A stretch of DNA of 64,000 nt from Adineta vaga (taxonomy: Eukaryota > Animalia > Rotifera): NCBI GenBank assembly GCA_021613535.1, contig CP075497.1, positions 7,936,001 through 8,000,000 of the forward strand, read 5' to 3'. Numbering within the stretch: position 1 is the stretch's first letter; every line of letters starts with the position of its first letter. Position numbers and translations under genes: made by a program. Below are positions 12,601-26,335 of this stretch, piece after piece. Below the pieces are notes generated by a model that saw nothing but the letters and a program-made list of their open reading frames with translations, ran no database searches and was not told the DNA's origin.

Positions 12601-15600
12601 ACATACAGATATTTTACAAGGTCTTGAAGAAGTATTTAATATTGATTCGGAATCGTATCGTGCTTATCAAGAAAATAAAACCAATAATTTTCAACGCTCA
12701 GACGAAACGATATTTCATCCGATGAATGAATTGAACGAAACTGATATTGATGATAATCAAAATTTAATCAATCCTATTAATATTAATCAAACGACTATTG
12801 AATTAAATGAAGATGATGATAATAATTCTGATACACAATCTCAACATGAAACGAACAATCCAATAAATAATTCGAATATAAATGAGCAACAAATAACACG
12901 TGAAAGTGCGGGTGGTTTAAGTGATAATGAAAGTGAAATGGAATTAGAATTATTAGCTGAATCAGATACAGATAACGAAAGTAATCGTAGTGCACCAAAT
13001 ACAAATACACATCGAACATCAGCAACAGCTGGAAGTGAAAATATGGCATTATTTTCTGATGATGAAAATTCCGAATCCGATGATGCTGATAGTGTACGAA
13101 GTGATAGTGTTCTAGGTGAAGGTGATGAAACAAGTCAACCAGAACCAATGATTTTCGATGATGCACGAGATGCTTTAGCTGCTGCTGCAGCAGCATCATC
13201 ATCATCATCAACAGTAGCAACAGCAACACCAAGTGCTATTACAAATGATCGTTTAGTACTCTTACCAGCAGGAAATACGACAACTAATTCAAATACACAA
13301 GCGACAAATTCAACAGCTAGTAGTCATCTTAGTGTACCAAGATTAAATGCTCGAACAACAATGGCTAGTAAGTAGTTGATTTTCGAATTAAACAATTTAA
13401 ATTAAATCTTTACATATTAATTTTAGGTTCATTATTTGGTGATAGTCATTCTCGTCGACAAATCGCACCTGTTGCTACAACATCACCAAGTCTAAATCAT
13501 TCAACATCAGTTCAACAACAGCAAGCACATGTACAACAACAACAACAGCAACAACAACAACAATCACAGTCAACAAATACTGTATCAGTTAATACAACGA
13601 ATTCCTTATTAGGTCGAGCTTTTGGAATACTTATTCGACAAATAACTGATTTATTGATAAGATGGCCATCAGTATTATCAGCTTCATCATTATATCATGA
13701 TATATTAACAACATCTACAACTATCGATGAACAAAACGCTCTTGAAACTGTTCAGGTAAATAGACATAAAAGAAATTTACTTATATTCTATTATCTTTCG
13801 CTTCTCTCTTAGAATGAAATTGAACAATGTCTCTATTCAACTTGGCAATGGTTTGCAACAGTAATGGATTCTTTTGAATCTCAATTACGTTTTGGTATGA
13901 CATTGAGTAATTTAACTCATAATGAAAGCGATACAACTTATCATGGAAATCGTTTTCTTAAAAATCTAATTGATCGTGCACAAATTGAAACAAAGAAAAA
14001 GTCAACGACAGCAACAAATCGAACAAATAATTCTGTACCAATCACTGGTATGAAATATATTTTTTTTCTCATTTAATCAAATCTCTTGTACCTCTCTTTT
14101 ATTCTTTTAGATAAACCTGTAAATAATCGTTTAGATTTTCTAAATTATTCTCTATCATTAATGCGTTCAATTCATGAACATGGTGATCAAGAACCTTCAT
14201 TAGATGTTTTATCATATAAACATTTAGCTTATATACTTGATTCATTTATATACTATTTTCGTGAAAGTGGTATTAATGAATTTAATCAACCACTCAAAGG
14301 TAATTGGAGAGAAATCACAGATGAGCCATCAAATAATTCAATAAATGAAAATTCAACGAATGAAGAAATCGTTACATCCACAAATCTATTTTTCCAACGT
14401 TCACCATCAACATTATGTTTAAGTTCATTAGGACCAGATCCATTTCAAATTACAATTGATGATTCCTTACCATTAGCGTGTCGTCCACAATTATTACAAC
14501 CCATTTGTCGTAAGGAAGATCTATTTGGCCGATTTTTATATGATCAAACAGCAGCTAAATTGTCTCATATTTCATCTCAATTGGGTTTATCACATCGTGA
14601 ACATTCAATACCCGAATTTTTACAACCAAATTATTTGAATTTATTCAATAATAATGAAGAAAAAAGTCAAACAAAAACCAGAGATGATGATCGTAAGTTA
14701 ACCACTACTTTTTCGAAAACGTTTTTTTTTTCTTCAAATTTTTTCTTTCAAGGTATGGCTGTTGATGTTTTACTTGATCTAAGTGCTGGATTGATTTCAT
14801 CAGATAAAACTTCATCAATTCGAAAAAGGTATTTACGATTATATGATTCGAATTTTTCCTACATATTTTGCCTTTTCTAGACAACAAACATCGCATTCAA
14901 TACTTCTGAATGGTTCATATGAATATTTACTGGCACGATGGAGATTTTCAATCGAATTATTTGTTAAATTATTTTTGGATGATGTTGGAAATGAACCTGG
15001 ATCAATTATAAATGAATCAAGTGGATTTTCAGCTCGTGAACAACGTTTTCGTCATGATATGGAACGATTAAAAAATGCTCATCAAAAAGATATTCGTTTT
15101 GAAGCGGTAAGATATCGTTTTTCTTTTTGTTCAATAACGTTTTTTTTTATTGAATTGACATCTTTAGATGGAACGTGATCGAGTATTATTGATTCAAAAA
15201 ACCTTTCGAACATTAAATACATATTTTTATCGAAATCAAAATATGAATTCATCATCATCTGTACCACCGTTAGCTGTACAACGAGTCAAAGTAACATTCA
15301 AGGATGAACCAGGAGAAGGAAGTGGTGTAGCAAGAAGTTTCTATTCATCAATTGTTGAAGCGATATTATCTGAAGAAAAATTACCCGTACTTGAATTGGG
15401 TACATATGGTGCTACATCAGCTGCTCAACCAACATCAAGCTCCTTATCATCATCACATGCTCAACGGCAGCAACGTCCACCACGTGAACGTCGTACAACA
15501 TTAGCAACTTATTTACGTAGTGATCGACGATCTTCCTCCGTACTTCTTTCATCTGAAGCTCGTCCATTTAAATTTACCTTATCATCGAATGATTCTTCGA

Positions 15601-17066
15601 CGACAACTAATAATTCGGATACAAATATCAATGAACATTGGACACCAAGTAAAATCAAATTAGGTGTTAGTATTTATCCTAAAGTTGCAGCTATCCAACC
15701 GTTTCATGCTGAAAAAATTACGGGCATGTTATTAGAAGGTTTACCTACACCACAATTACAACGTATCATTAATATTGAAGAAGATTTAAGAATAAAAGTT
15801 GAAGAAGCAATGAATATTTTAACATCACATAGTACACGTGATACACAACAGAGTGATTCGTTAACAACAACAACGACAACAGGATCAACAAATGAACGTT
15901 TATTAACAAATAAAAATTCACTTTTTGAAAAACAACCGAATGAATATACACCTCTATTCTGGCAACCAGATAAAAAAGGTGTTTATGCACCAAGACCAGG
16001 AAAATATACACCTGAACGTTTAACAGCTTATCGAAATGTAGGGCGCTTAATTGGTTTATGTTTATTACAAAATGAACTTTTTCCATTACCATTATGTCGA
16101 CATGTTATAAAATATATTTTAAATCGATCGATACGTTGGCATGATCTAGCATTTTTTGATTCCACTATGTATGAAAATTTACGTCGAACTGCATTTGATG
16201 CAGAAAAACATGGTGTACAATATATAAATGATCTTCATCTCACATTTTCAATGAATGTTTCAGAAAAAGAAGTTCGTCTTTGATGAAATTTATATTAATT
16301 ATAAAACTTGATTTGATATTTAGGGAGGTGAAACTTATGATCTTGTTCCTGATGGCTCATCGAAAGATGTGACATATTCGAATCTTTATGAATTTATCAA
16401 ACGTTATGCTGAATTTCGAATGATTAATCTAGTAGAGCAATCACTTCAGGTAGATAATCGTTCTTTTTCGAATGAAGAGAAAACATTCTTATTTATCTAT
16501 TATAGCATTTACGATTGGGTGTATTCGATGTGTTACCATCATCATCTCTAGAATATTTAAGTCCAGAAGATTTTCGATTGCTATTAAATGGTACTGGAAA
16601 TATAAATGTGACCACATTGATGACATATACGACATTCAATGATGAAAGTGGTAAGTGACATAAAAGACAATGGTAACACATATAGGATATCTTCTTTTTT
16701 TTCTCAGGTGAAACTAGTGATCGTATCAATCAATTCAAAAAATGGTTTTGGTCAGTCTTAGAAAAATTCAATGCAGTCGAGAGACAAGATTTAGTAAGAA
16801 TGAAAGGTTGTGTTATTGTTAAACTTAAACTGTTTTGTTTTTCTCTTTCAAAGATTTATTTTTGGACGGGTAGTCCAGCTTTACCCGCATCGGAAGCTGG
16901 TTTTCAACCTCAACCATCAGTTACAATACGTCCTGCTGATGATCAACATTTACCAACAGCAAATACATGTATAAGTCGTTTATATGTTCCATTATATTCA
17001 TCAAAAAACATCTTAAAATTAAAACTTCAATATGCGATTAAAACCAAAATGTTCGGTTTTGTATGA
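6685..17066 (+). CDS. UBR5: E3 ubiquitin ligase UBR5/EDD/hyd (UBA, UBR-box, MLLE/PABC, HECT), multi-exon
   Basis: N-terminal [14 protein letters not shown]; [43 protein letters not shown]; UBR-box [23 protein letters not shown]...[22 protein letters not shown]; [17 protein letters not shown]; [12 protein letters not shown]; HECT C-terminus [17 protein letters not shown]...FGFV*. Confidence 0.97.
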
Positions 17067-17541
17067 ATGCAACAACCTGATTGACAGTATTTTCTGTTTG
17101 TTCGCATGTGTGTCTTGTTTCTATTTATTATTATCCGTATGTGTGTTCTATTGATTGTAAAAAAAATCGTAAACGAGAAAAAGAAAACAATGCACATACA
17201 TACATATGACATGTGATCTTCATTTCTCTTCTTTTTTTTTCTCTTATAAAGTTGTTTGTTTCGGTCTATTGATTGAATATAATGGGTTTGGATTTTTTTT
17301 TGAAACGCGAAATATGACTTTGACTTTTTTCTTGGCGACAGATGAAAAGCTAAAGTAATTACGAGAAGCTAGATACATCGTATTCTTCAACAGATTTAAA
17401 ACATTTACTGCAGAGAGAGATAGAGAGAGACAGTACGTTTCTACTGAATGATTAAATAATACTACATAAAAATTGAACAATGGTTACAGACAAAAAAAGA
17501 AAGCATAATTATATCATTAAATAAAAACTGTTTATTTTTCT

Positions 17542-19197
17542 TCAAATATGTAACAATGATCTCATTATAGGTAAGATTTCATTAGTATCTGTTGGTAATA
17601 ATTTTCGCGTATTCACACGAATTTGTGCTTCTACTTTTTGCCACGATCGAAAATGTGCAATCAATTCACTAAATATTCGAATGGATTGTTCTGCTCCATG
17701 AGTTGTTTCCATATATTTCCATAATAATTCTGTATAATAATTCTGTGCACGATAAACTGCAAAGCCATCATTGAGTATAGGTTCTTCACCATCTGGATCT
17801 GTTGAAAAGCCTTTCGTTAATATCAAAACAATTAGTATTAGTTGAATGATACGTTGATCACATTGTGCAATTCGTACAAATGAATTGAAGATCCTTTTTA
17901 TTTGAAGAAATATGTCCGTACCGTGAATTTTTCTAAATAGATCTGGATCTATGGGTACATCTGAATCAGTTTCTTTTATTTGATTCGTATCTATTTTGTA
18001 GGCTAAGGAGCTGTTGAGAAGAATTAATGGCATGAGATTATATTTAATTAATGTTACTTTATCATCAACATTCAATTCATTAAATTCAGGTATTTGTCGA
18101 AAGAACGTTAGAAGACGCATTGCAGTAACTGAACGAGAATTTAAATTTTGTAAGAAAGTTGTTGCATGTTCAGATGGATTCCATGGGAGACCATCACGAG
18201 CAGCTAAATGAAAAAGAAATTAAGTAATCAATTGATTCTTTCAAAAGATAAATCTTTACCAAGTTCAATACGTTTTTCATACGAATCTTGAATTGTTTCT
18301 ATACGTTGTAAATCTTCTATGGTCATCAATGTAGGCGATGATTCTGGTAATAAATCAGTGAAATCTGTGAGACGTAAGAGATTTGTTTCTTCTGATGGAA
18401 ACATCTATGAATTCATAAATATTATCTTTCAATATTATTTCGAAATCAACTTACAAAATCAAGAAATGCTGATGAAGATTTTTCCTCGACACTATGTTGA
18501 GTTTCTGAAGCTGATGAACGATTTTCTTCCATTTTTCGACGTTTTACTGATTTTTCTTCTGCCTAAAAAGTATAAAGTTTATTATTGTTCAATAAATTTT
18601 CAATTATTATTCTTTAATTAATACCGTTAGTAAACGATCACGTTTCATACCATGACTAAGACATTTAGCTAGACGACATGATGAACAACGTCGTCGTGTT
18701 TCGATAGTAACTTCACAGGCACCTTTACGTCGACATTGAAATGATGTCTATAAAAATCGATATTTTCTTTGAATATTAAAAATCTATGCAGATTTACTGG
18801 AGTTTTCAATCCATTTCGACGAAAGAATGCCTTACAACTTTCACATGTAATTGCATCAAAATTATATCCAAGTGCTGGTGAACCACAGACTACACAAGTT
18901 AATGAACCTTGCTTTGTTTTCTTCTGATTGGATAGTTGATTGTCGTTTTTAACCTGTAGATCATAGAAAGAAAATGGTTGTTTTTATGCTTTATCAAGAA
19001 AAGAAGATGTTTCGCATTACCAGAGAATAGGCAAGTTCAGTATTACTCTCATCAATATCTTTCGATTCAATAATAATTGATTGAATCAATGATGAATTAT
19101 TACTGTTCTGAATTTGTTCAATAATACTTTCATCACCAGTAATGATCATAATGCGACGTTTTTTAGGATTAGCAGTTGATAACACTTCCGATGCCAT
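17542..19197 (-). CDS. Nuclear hormone receptor, HR96/DAF-12 (NR1J)-like, paralog A
   Basis: [30 protein letters not shown]...[25 protein letters not shown] (CESCKA P-box); [24 protein letters not shown]; multi-exon. Confidence 0.9.
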
Positions 19198-19264
19198 CGT
19201 CAACTAATATTTTTCTGTATTTTTCTAAAAGAAAAAGATTTAAAATAGTAAAGTTTGAAAATGA

Positions 19265-19283
19265 GCGTCAAGGTCAAAGGTGT
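19265..19283 (+). promoter_or_regulatory. Candidate nuclear-receptor response element (TCAAGGTCA / DR1-like AGGTCA-A-AGGTGT)
   Basis: GCGTCAAGGTCAAAGGTGT lies ~70 nt upstream of the NR paralog A ATG, inside a probable 5'UTR intron. Confidence 0.3.
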
Positions 19284-21320
19284 TTTACGATTGAAAACCT
19301 ATTCTAATCGGATATAAACAGACTTAAACACTTAGTAGAAAAGTGTACTATTATGCATTTATTATTCGATAATCAAAAACAATATCGATTACATTATTGA
19401 ATTGTACAAGATTTTATTAGGTATCTATATCTATATATACATATATGTTTTATGATAGACAACTATGTTTACTAGATAAAATATTTTTTTTGTTTATTTA
19501 TCCATTGGTACACGTAATATAAATGAGTCACTTTCTCGTTCTCATTCGTTCGATCTTACATTACGATGTATAACCTTCGTTAGAGGTAACTGAATATGCA
19601 CAATTTGGACTCTAACATTTGGCATGTATGTGCTTATTCATTGATGAATAGATTGCTCGATTTCTTCTGAATTCAGTTTCATTTGACCAGTTCAATATGT
19701 GCAATTTCTTACGCAGGCTCTCAAAGAACAGCCAATATCCTATTCTATCTTCATATCATAAAGCGAAGAAAAATGTAGAATATGTTGATGATTTCAGAAG
19801 AAAACATCATTATATAATCTCTGACTGTAAGAGAGTTGATTACATAACGAGTCAACTGATATTTTCAGTCGATATGTACTTAGTTAACGGTAGTTCTAAC
19901 CATGCTAATGGTTTTGAAATCATCTACCTATAAAAATATCGATGATTCACAGTATATTCATTGACAATGAATAGAAAAACAACTATGAAGTCATAATAAC
20001 TCATAAGAAGTTGAAATGAAAGACGCTTTTCTATAACTCTATTAACGGCTAATACTTAGGACGATAGTTCGTGTCATTGATTCATTTCCTCAATAATTAA
20101 AATACGGAAAATTCGCTTTTTACATGTTTCTATTTACCTTTAAACAAAAACATACTCGATCCATTGGATAAAACAACCTATTCTATCTGCTATGCGTCAT
20201 TATCTCACATAATTTATTTTTCGTATGTATTTTACAGTTTGCTATAGCGATCTTTTAAGAACAAGACTAAATTGTCTTTCATCAACACAAGAAACGCAAG
20301 AAAAAAACAGTAAAAACAAAAATATTAGCTTATGGTACGTAGGCAACTTGACAGAACAAGTAAAAAAAACCTTTCCTGACTGCTTTGTCATGTTTTACGA
20401 TGCAAAAAATATTATATTGAAGCAAAAGAATCTTTTTTTTCCTTCAGTATAATGTTATTTGCTTGTGTTTAAAACGTGTGCTTGTCGTTGAAAGAGAAAA
20501 ACATAAGTGCATTGCAGTAAAGAAATATTCATAGAACATGCTGATGACATTCTTAGAGAAGGAAAAAAACCTTTCTTAAAGCTTTAGTTTTCATTTTTCC
20601 TATTCGAAAACTAAATAGAATGTTATTAAATGCTTCGACAGGAATTAATAGGTATCGATCTTGATCGTAATTTCATAAAAGATAAAACACGGCTTGTGGA
20701 AGGAATCTTTCATTAGATAAATTCGAATATTATGAATTAAATTTAGCACAACAGTCATCAAATAGGAAAACGAAAGAACTGTTGATGACTTATATTTAAT
20801 TAGTAATCCACTCCACACATTTGCTTGTTCTAAAAGACCGATTCTTCGACTAGAAATCGTGCATAGTTAAATATATTTACCAATGAGAACTAACATAATA
20901 TACGCTCTCTTCTATTTATTCTCGTAAATAGAAAAACATATTCTCCAGATAAACTATTCGCGATAATTCTTAATGCTTACTTGATCTGTTCATGAACTTA
21001 TATATACTTTGAAACTAATTCAATGCAAGATAGATATTGATGTATGATTATCATAACGAATTTTGTCCAATGAAATGACCGTTATTGTCTCTCTCTTCTT
21101 TATTTTTCTTCGGTCATGACAGAACAACGATTAGAAATGAAGCAAAGGTTAAAGTACATCTAGTACGGACAAAAAAAAATACGAATAACATAAGACATTC
21201 ATTTTAGAAAAAAAATTCTTCAACATACTCAATAGATATGATCTCCTCTATCTAGTTCGAATATTTTCAATTTTATCAAATATTTGACTACGATAATATC
21301 GCAAAAAAAACAGCAGAAAA

Positions 21321-22936
21321 TTATGAAATATGAAATAATGTTTTCATCAACGGTAATAATTCATTCATATCCGTTGCTAATAAATTTTCTTGTACAGTAT
21401 CACGAAGTTTTTTATGTAAGGTTTGCCATGTTATAAAATGTGTCACAATTTTACCCCATATAGTGATTGCCTTTTCACGTCCATGAACAGTTTCAATGTA
21501 TTTCCAGAGTAATTCAATATAATAATTTTGTGCACGATAAACAGCCATACCATCATTTAATATCGGTTCAGGTTCACCTTCACCAGCAGAGAAACCTTTC
21601 GTTAATATTAATGTTATTAATGCTACTTGAATTATTCGTTGATCATATTGTGCAATATGTACAAATGATTCAAAGATTTTTCTCATTTGTAAATATCCAT
21701 CGTAACCGTAAACTTCTTGGATAACAGATGGATCCCAAGGTACATCGGAATCCGTTTCAATAATTTGATCTGTTTCAATTTTATATGAAAGTGTACAATT
21801 AATACATAATAATGGTAGAAGATTGAATTTTATCAATGTAACTTTATCATCAACATTTAATTGATCAAATTCAGGTATTTGCTTGAAAAAAGTTAATAAT
21901 CTTATTAATGGAACTGAATGACTATTTAGTTTTTGTAAGAAAGTGATTGCATGCATTGATGGATTCCATGGAAGACCATCACGAGCTGAAAAAACAAAAA
22001 GATATCAATGCATAATCTTATTGATCAAACTTTTCTCTTACCAAGTTCAATTCGATTTTGATATAGAAGATGAATATATTCAATACGTTGTAAATCTTCT
22101 GAACTTAGTAATCCCACTCTCGTTTGTGTTGAAGTTTGTTGACGACAATTTGTTATAAGCAATAGATCAGGATTTAGTGGTGATACTAACTACATGAATT
22201 CAAATGAAGAAATACAAGGAATTCTATTGATGTTTACTTCGTCTGGAAAGAGAAAACTAGAGCCCACATTGACATTGAAATCTTCAGATTTCTTTCGACG
22301 TCTAACTGCTTTCTGTTCCGCCTAGAGAAGAAAAAAACGAGTTCGTTTGGATTTTACATAGAGGATATTCGAGTAGGATTACCACTAAAAGTCTATCACG
22401 TCTCATTCCGTTTTGAAGACATTTAAATAAACGACATGCTGAACATTGCCGACGCGATTCAAATGTTATTTCACATAGACCATTTCGAGGACATTCCAAT
22501 GGCTACAAAGAGAATTTCGCATAATGAAATTGTTTGTTTTCATTTTGAAAAAAGAATACAAACAAACTCACTGGATCTCGCAATGCATTTCGACGAAAGA
22601 ATGATTTACAACTTTCACAGGATATGGCATCAAAATTATATCCAAGTGCTGGTGCTCCACAAATGACACAAATTAGTGAATTAGCCTTCATTTTTTTCGA
22701 ACGTACTGGTACACAATTGTTATCCTATCAATAAAATAAACTTTATCCTTCGAAATCAAAACTAAAATTTGTTTTATTACTTCTGGATAAGTCATTTCCA
22801 TGTCATCATCTTCTGTTTCAAGAATCAGTGATTTACATAGCGAGGCATTTTTACTATTCTTTATTTCATCAATGATACTTTCATCACCACTAATAATCAT
22901 TATTCGTCGACGTTTGCGTTTTTCTTCTTCAGTCAT
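21321..22936 (-). CDS. Nuclear hormone receptor, HR96/DAF-12 (NR1J)-like, paralog B
   Basis: [32 protein letters not shown]...CPRNGLCEITFESRRQCSACRLFKC; [24 protein letters not shown]; exon layout similar to paralog A. Confidence 0.9.
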
Positions 22937-23856
22937 TGCCTATATTTCTGAAAGAAAAATTCAAATAAAATCCCCTATTCATACCTCTAACATGTTATTG
23001 TTTGTTATCATGAGTAATCTTTTCAGTTATTTATAACCGGCCATAGATCTTGTCAGGCATATACACGTAGAGAAAAAAAGAGAAAGACACTTCTGTAGAG
23101 GTAAAAGATAATAGAATACGATACATTGAAACATATCACCTGAATTAAAAACTTTACTAAAACAGAAGATTTGACATCGGTGTAAATATGAACAAAACTA
23201 AGGATGACGAATACTACTTAAGAAAAGTACAAACTAATGCGTTTTGATATTATGAACGAATTTCGAAGAAAATAATGTAATTTTATCGACCCTCACCCTA
23301 CAATGTAGTCTTTAATATCGAATTTTATCTGATAAGACTGAAGAACATCTTGCGACAGACTATATAATAGATAAAATTCATTGTTTTGCGTCAGCTTAAA
23401 TAGTGTTACTATGGTAGGTACTCGTAGTCTTCAGATCAATCTTGCATGAATAGAATGTGTACGAAAAGAAATTTTTGCTGTATTTCAGATGACTTTCATG
23501 TATTAAACGTTTGTTTAATAAAATTCAAGATAAAATTTGATCAGAATGCAACTCTCCTAAGACATTTTATCGTTCTGTTTGTTGTATCAGTCACAGCAAG
23601 GCTCTGTCTAAAAATAAAGTTCACTTTTTATGTCATCAAAGAATATTAGATAGGATAATGCGTTCTCTTGTTCATATGATATTGCCGAGAGAATCAAATT
23701 GGTAATAAACGACATCTGACGAACAGAATTGTTTTTTATTGGTTGATATTTACTGGATTGAATAAAGCTTGGAGGCGAGTGACTTTCTTGTCCTGCGCAT
23801 TTATTTGTATAGTTTAAGGTCGCGTTTGCATTTGAACGAAAAAAAAGCAACTGAAT

Positions 23857-24751
23857 ATGGACAAAATCTCTATGAATGGACATTCATCATTACAAAATGG
23901 TAGTGATGAAGATTTCGAATTAATGGGTGATATGCCAAAAGAAGATCCAATTATTATTGAAGTAAAATTTTACTTTTGAGAAACTAACATTTTTCTACAT
24001 TATTTTGTATGATGTAATTTTAGCGTCGTCGTTTACGTAATAATGAAATAACAAAAAAGCTTGGATCGTATCTACTTAAAGGTTATTGTATGTTAAGTGA
24101 TGCTTGTACAGAATGTGATGTATGAAATAGAATTAGCTACCGAAACAAATGAATTGCATGTATTCTTTTTTTGGTCTAGTGTATTCTTCTTCGTACACCG
24201 GAACGTGAATTACTCTGTGTTGGTTGTGCTGAAGTTGATGTTGATAATAATGGTTAGTTAAAACAAAAAGAGCAAAATTGATCGAAATAATCATTTACTT
24301 TATTTTATTTTTTTAGAAAAGAAAAAGAAAGAACCAATTACAGGTGAACAAAAAAGATAATCATGTTGTATTTTTTTAATTAATCTTTGTGAATTGAATA
24401 GAAGATAAAGATCAACGTGTCACTTCAGCTGAATCAATGGCAAAGAAGAAAGAACGTGTTAAACGTTCCAAGAAACGAAGTAAAAAAACATCATCAGCAT
24501 CCGAAGGTGATGTTGTTCCTAATATAAATACAAATTACTCTGTTCAACTTGAAAATAAACTCAAGTGGGCTGTTGATGAAGTATGAAAACATCTGTAAAC
24601 TTTCGAAAAAAGAAAATTATACTTTTCTTCTTGATCTTTCTAGTTAGCAAAATCTCAAAATCCAAATCGTATCAATGCCATGTGTACAGTTATTTGCAAA
24701 TTAACCGAATCAATTAAAGCATTAAAAGAATATGAAACAACGTCTGTTTAG
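23857..24751 (+). CDS. ZNRD2: Sjogren syndrome/scleroderma autoantigen 1 homolog (zinc ribbon, Auto_anti-p27), multi-exon
   Basis: Spliced: RRRLRNNEITKKLGSYLLKGYCMLSDACTECDCILLRTPERELLCVGC...LENKLKWAVDELAKSQNP...ICKLTESIKALKE. Not present in the ORF track. Confidence 0.85.
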
Positions 24752-26335
24752 AAGAAAATTAAATAATCGACTCTTATTATTTAACTTAGTTGACTGGTTT
24801 TCTTAGCTTGAACTGATTTAATTGGATATCTTTTCACCTTTAAAAACATTCTTTTTATTTATTCACATTTAAATGTAGAAATAAAATAAAATAACTTTTC
24901 GCGAAAAATATCAATTTAATTTCATTGTCAAATAACTCAAAATCAAAGAACAATGTATAACAAGGAACGACGGATGTTATTGTTATTTCGAGTAGAACTC
25001 ATTGACTTCTTGAAGCGATTGTATACATGAATAATAATGATTCATGAATGTTCTTTTTTCTCCCAATATAATAACTGTTAGATAGAATAACGATATCTGA
25101 CAAATCAAATGAGCGAAATATTCACCAATTTCATTTTACATTAAAAAACTAAAATTTTTAATTTCCTTTCTTTTTTATCACGAACAACTTCACCGGATAC
25201 ATATCAAGTAGATTTTCAAGGGATCGATTTAATTACAAACAAGTGAAACAACTTTTTTCAGAAGGCAAACGCATTATATTTCCTAATGAATAATCTGAAT
25301 AGATGTTTTTTAAATATTTAATAAAAGACTTACATGTTATCGATAGGAAAGAATTTCGCATTCCTAAGTCAAACGGATAGAATATCATTACATCTATTAT
25401 GTTCATCTATTGAAGCTGAATTACACTTCTTTGCAGAAAACAACGATATCAAATGACAAACTTAGAGACTTAATGACACGCAAATTGTAGAAAAAAGAAA
25501 AAAAATAACGTGCTTGAAATTGTCACAAGATATAATTGGCTATGATGAAATTTGTTTCAATATAAAAAAATATTGAGTATATTTTTTCCAAAGATTGCAT
25601 GTAAATATTAAAGATGTAATATTATTCGATGGATTATTTTTCATTGACTTGAACTAGAAAATGACATGGATATCTTTTTCATATTGATCTTAATTCAATA
25701 TATATGTATATATTGTGTTGGATTATTAATTTGATGAGAATAAATTCTGATGGCAAAACATCTGTTTTGTTTTTTTAACAAACGATTCTTTCTCATCATT
25801 ATTTTTATACCCAAAATAAATATTGTGTATTTTTTCTTATTTATCATTATTTTTAAGCCCATTTTGTTCACATGTGAGAATATATGCGACCTAGTCTTTG
25901 TATATTCTGAAAAATTTGTTCGCGCCATTAAGGATCTTTTTTTCCTCTTTTTTCTCCTATCCCCTCCCAAGTTGCCTCTTCTCTAATCATCACAACAGCA
26001 GCGTCATAATCATGGAAGAGTCGAGAAGAGAAAAAAAAAGAATTCTAACATGAACGGGGGAAAAACAACATTTCTGGGAAAAGAGAGAAGAAGTTGAAGA
26101 ATAAGAAGAGAAAAGAGCTTTTCTCGGTCGCAACGGAATGTTAGCGAACAGAGATACTTTGGTTCTAATGTCTATCGGAGTTGAAGAAAAAAATATTTTG
26201 TTGAGTGAATGCGTAGGGGTCGCAATGGCTGGAGGAGTGAGAAAAAAAGAGAAAAATTGCCTGATGACGTAGAGTCGAACGACACAAAAGACGACGATTT
26301 TCTTAACTATTTTAGATTCCCTACACTTCGAGACA

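Noticed and set aside
26265-26272. CRE-like TGACGTAG near the PC1 start
   Set aside because: An imperfect 8-mer that is expected by chance and has no supporting evidence.
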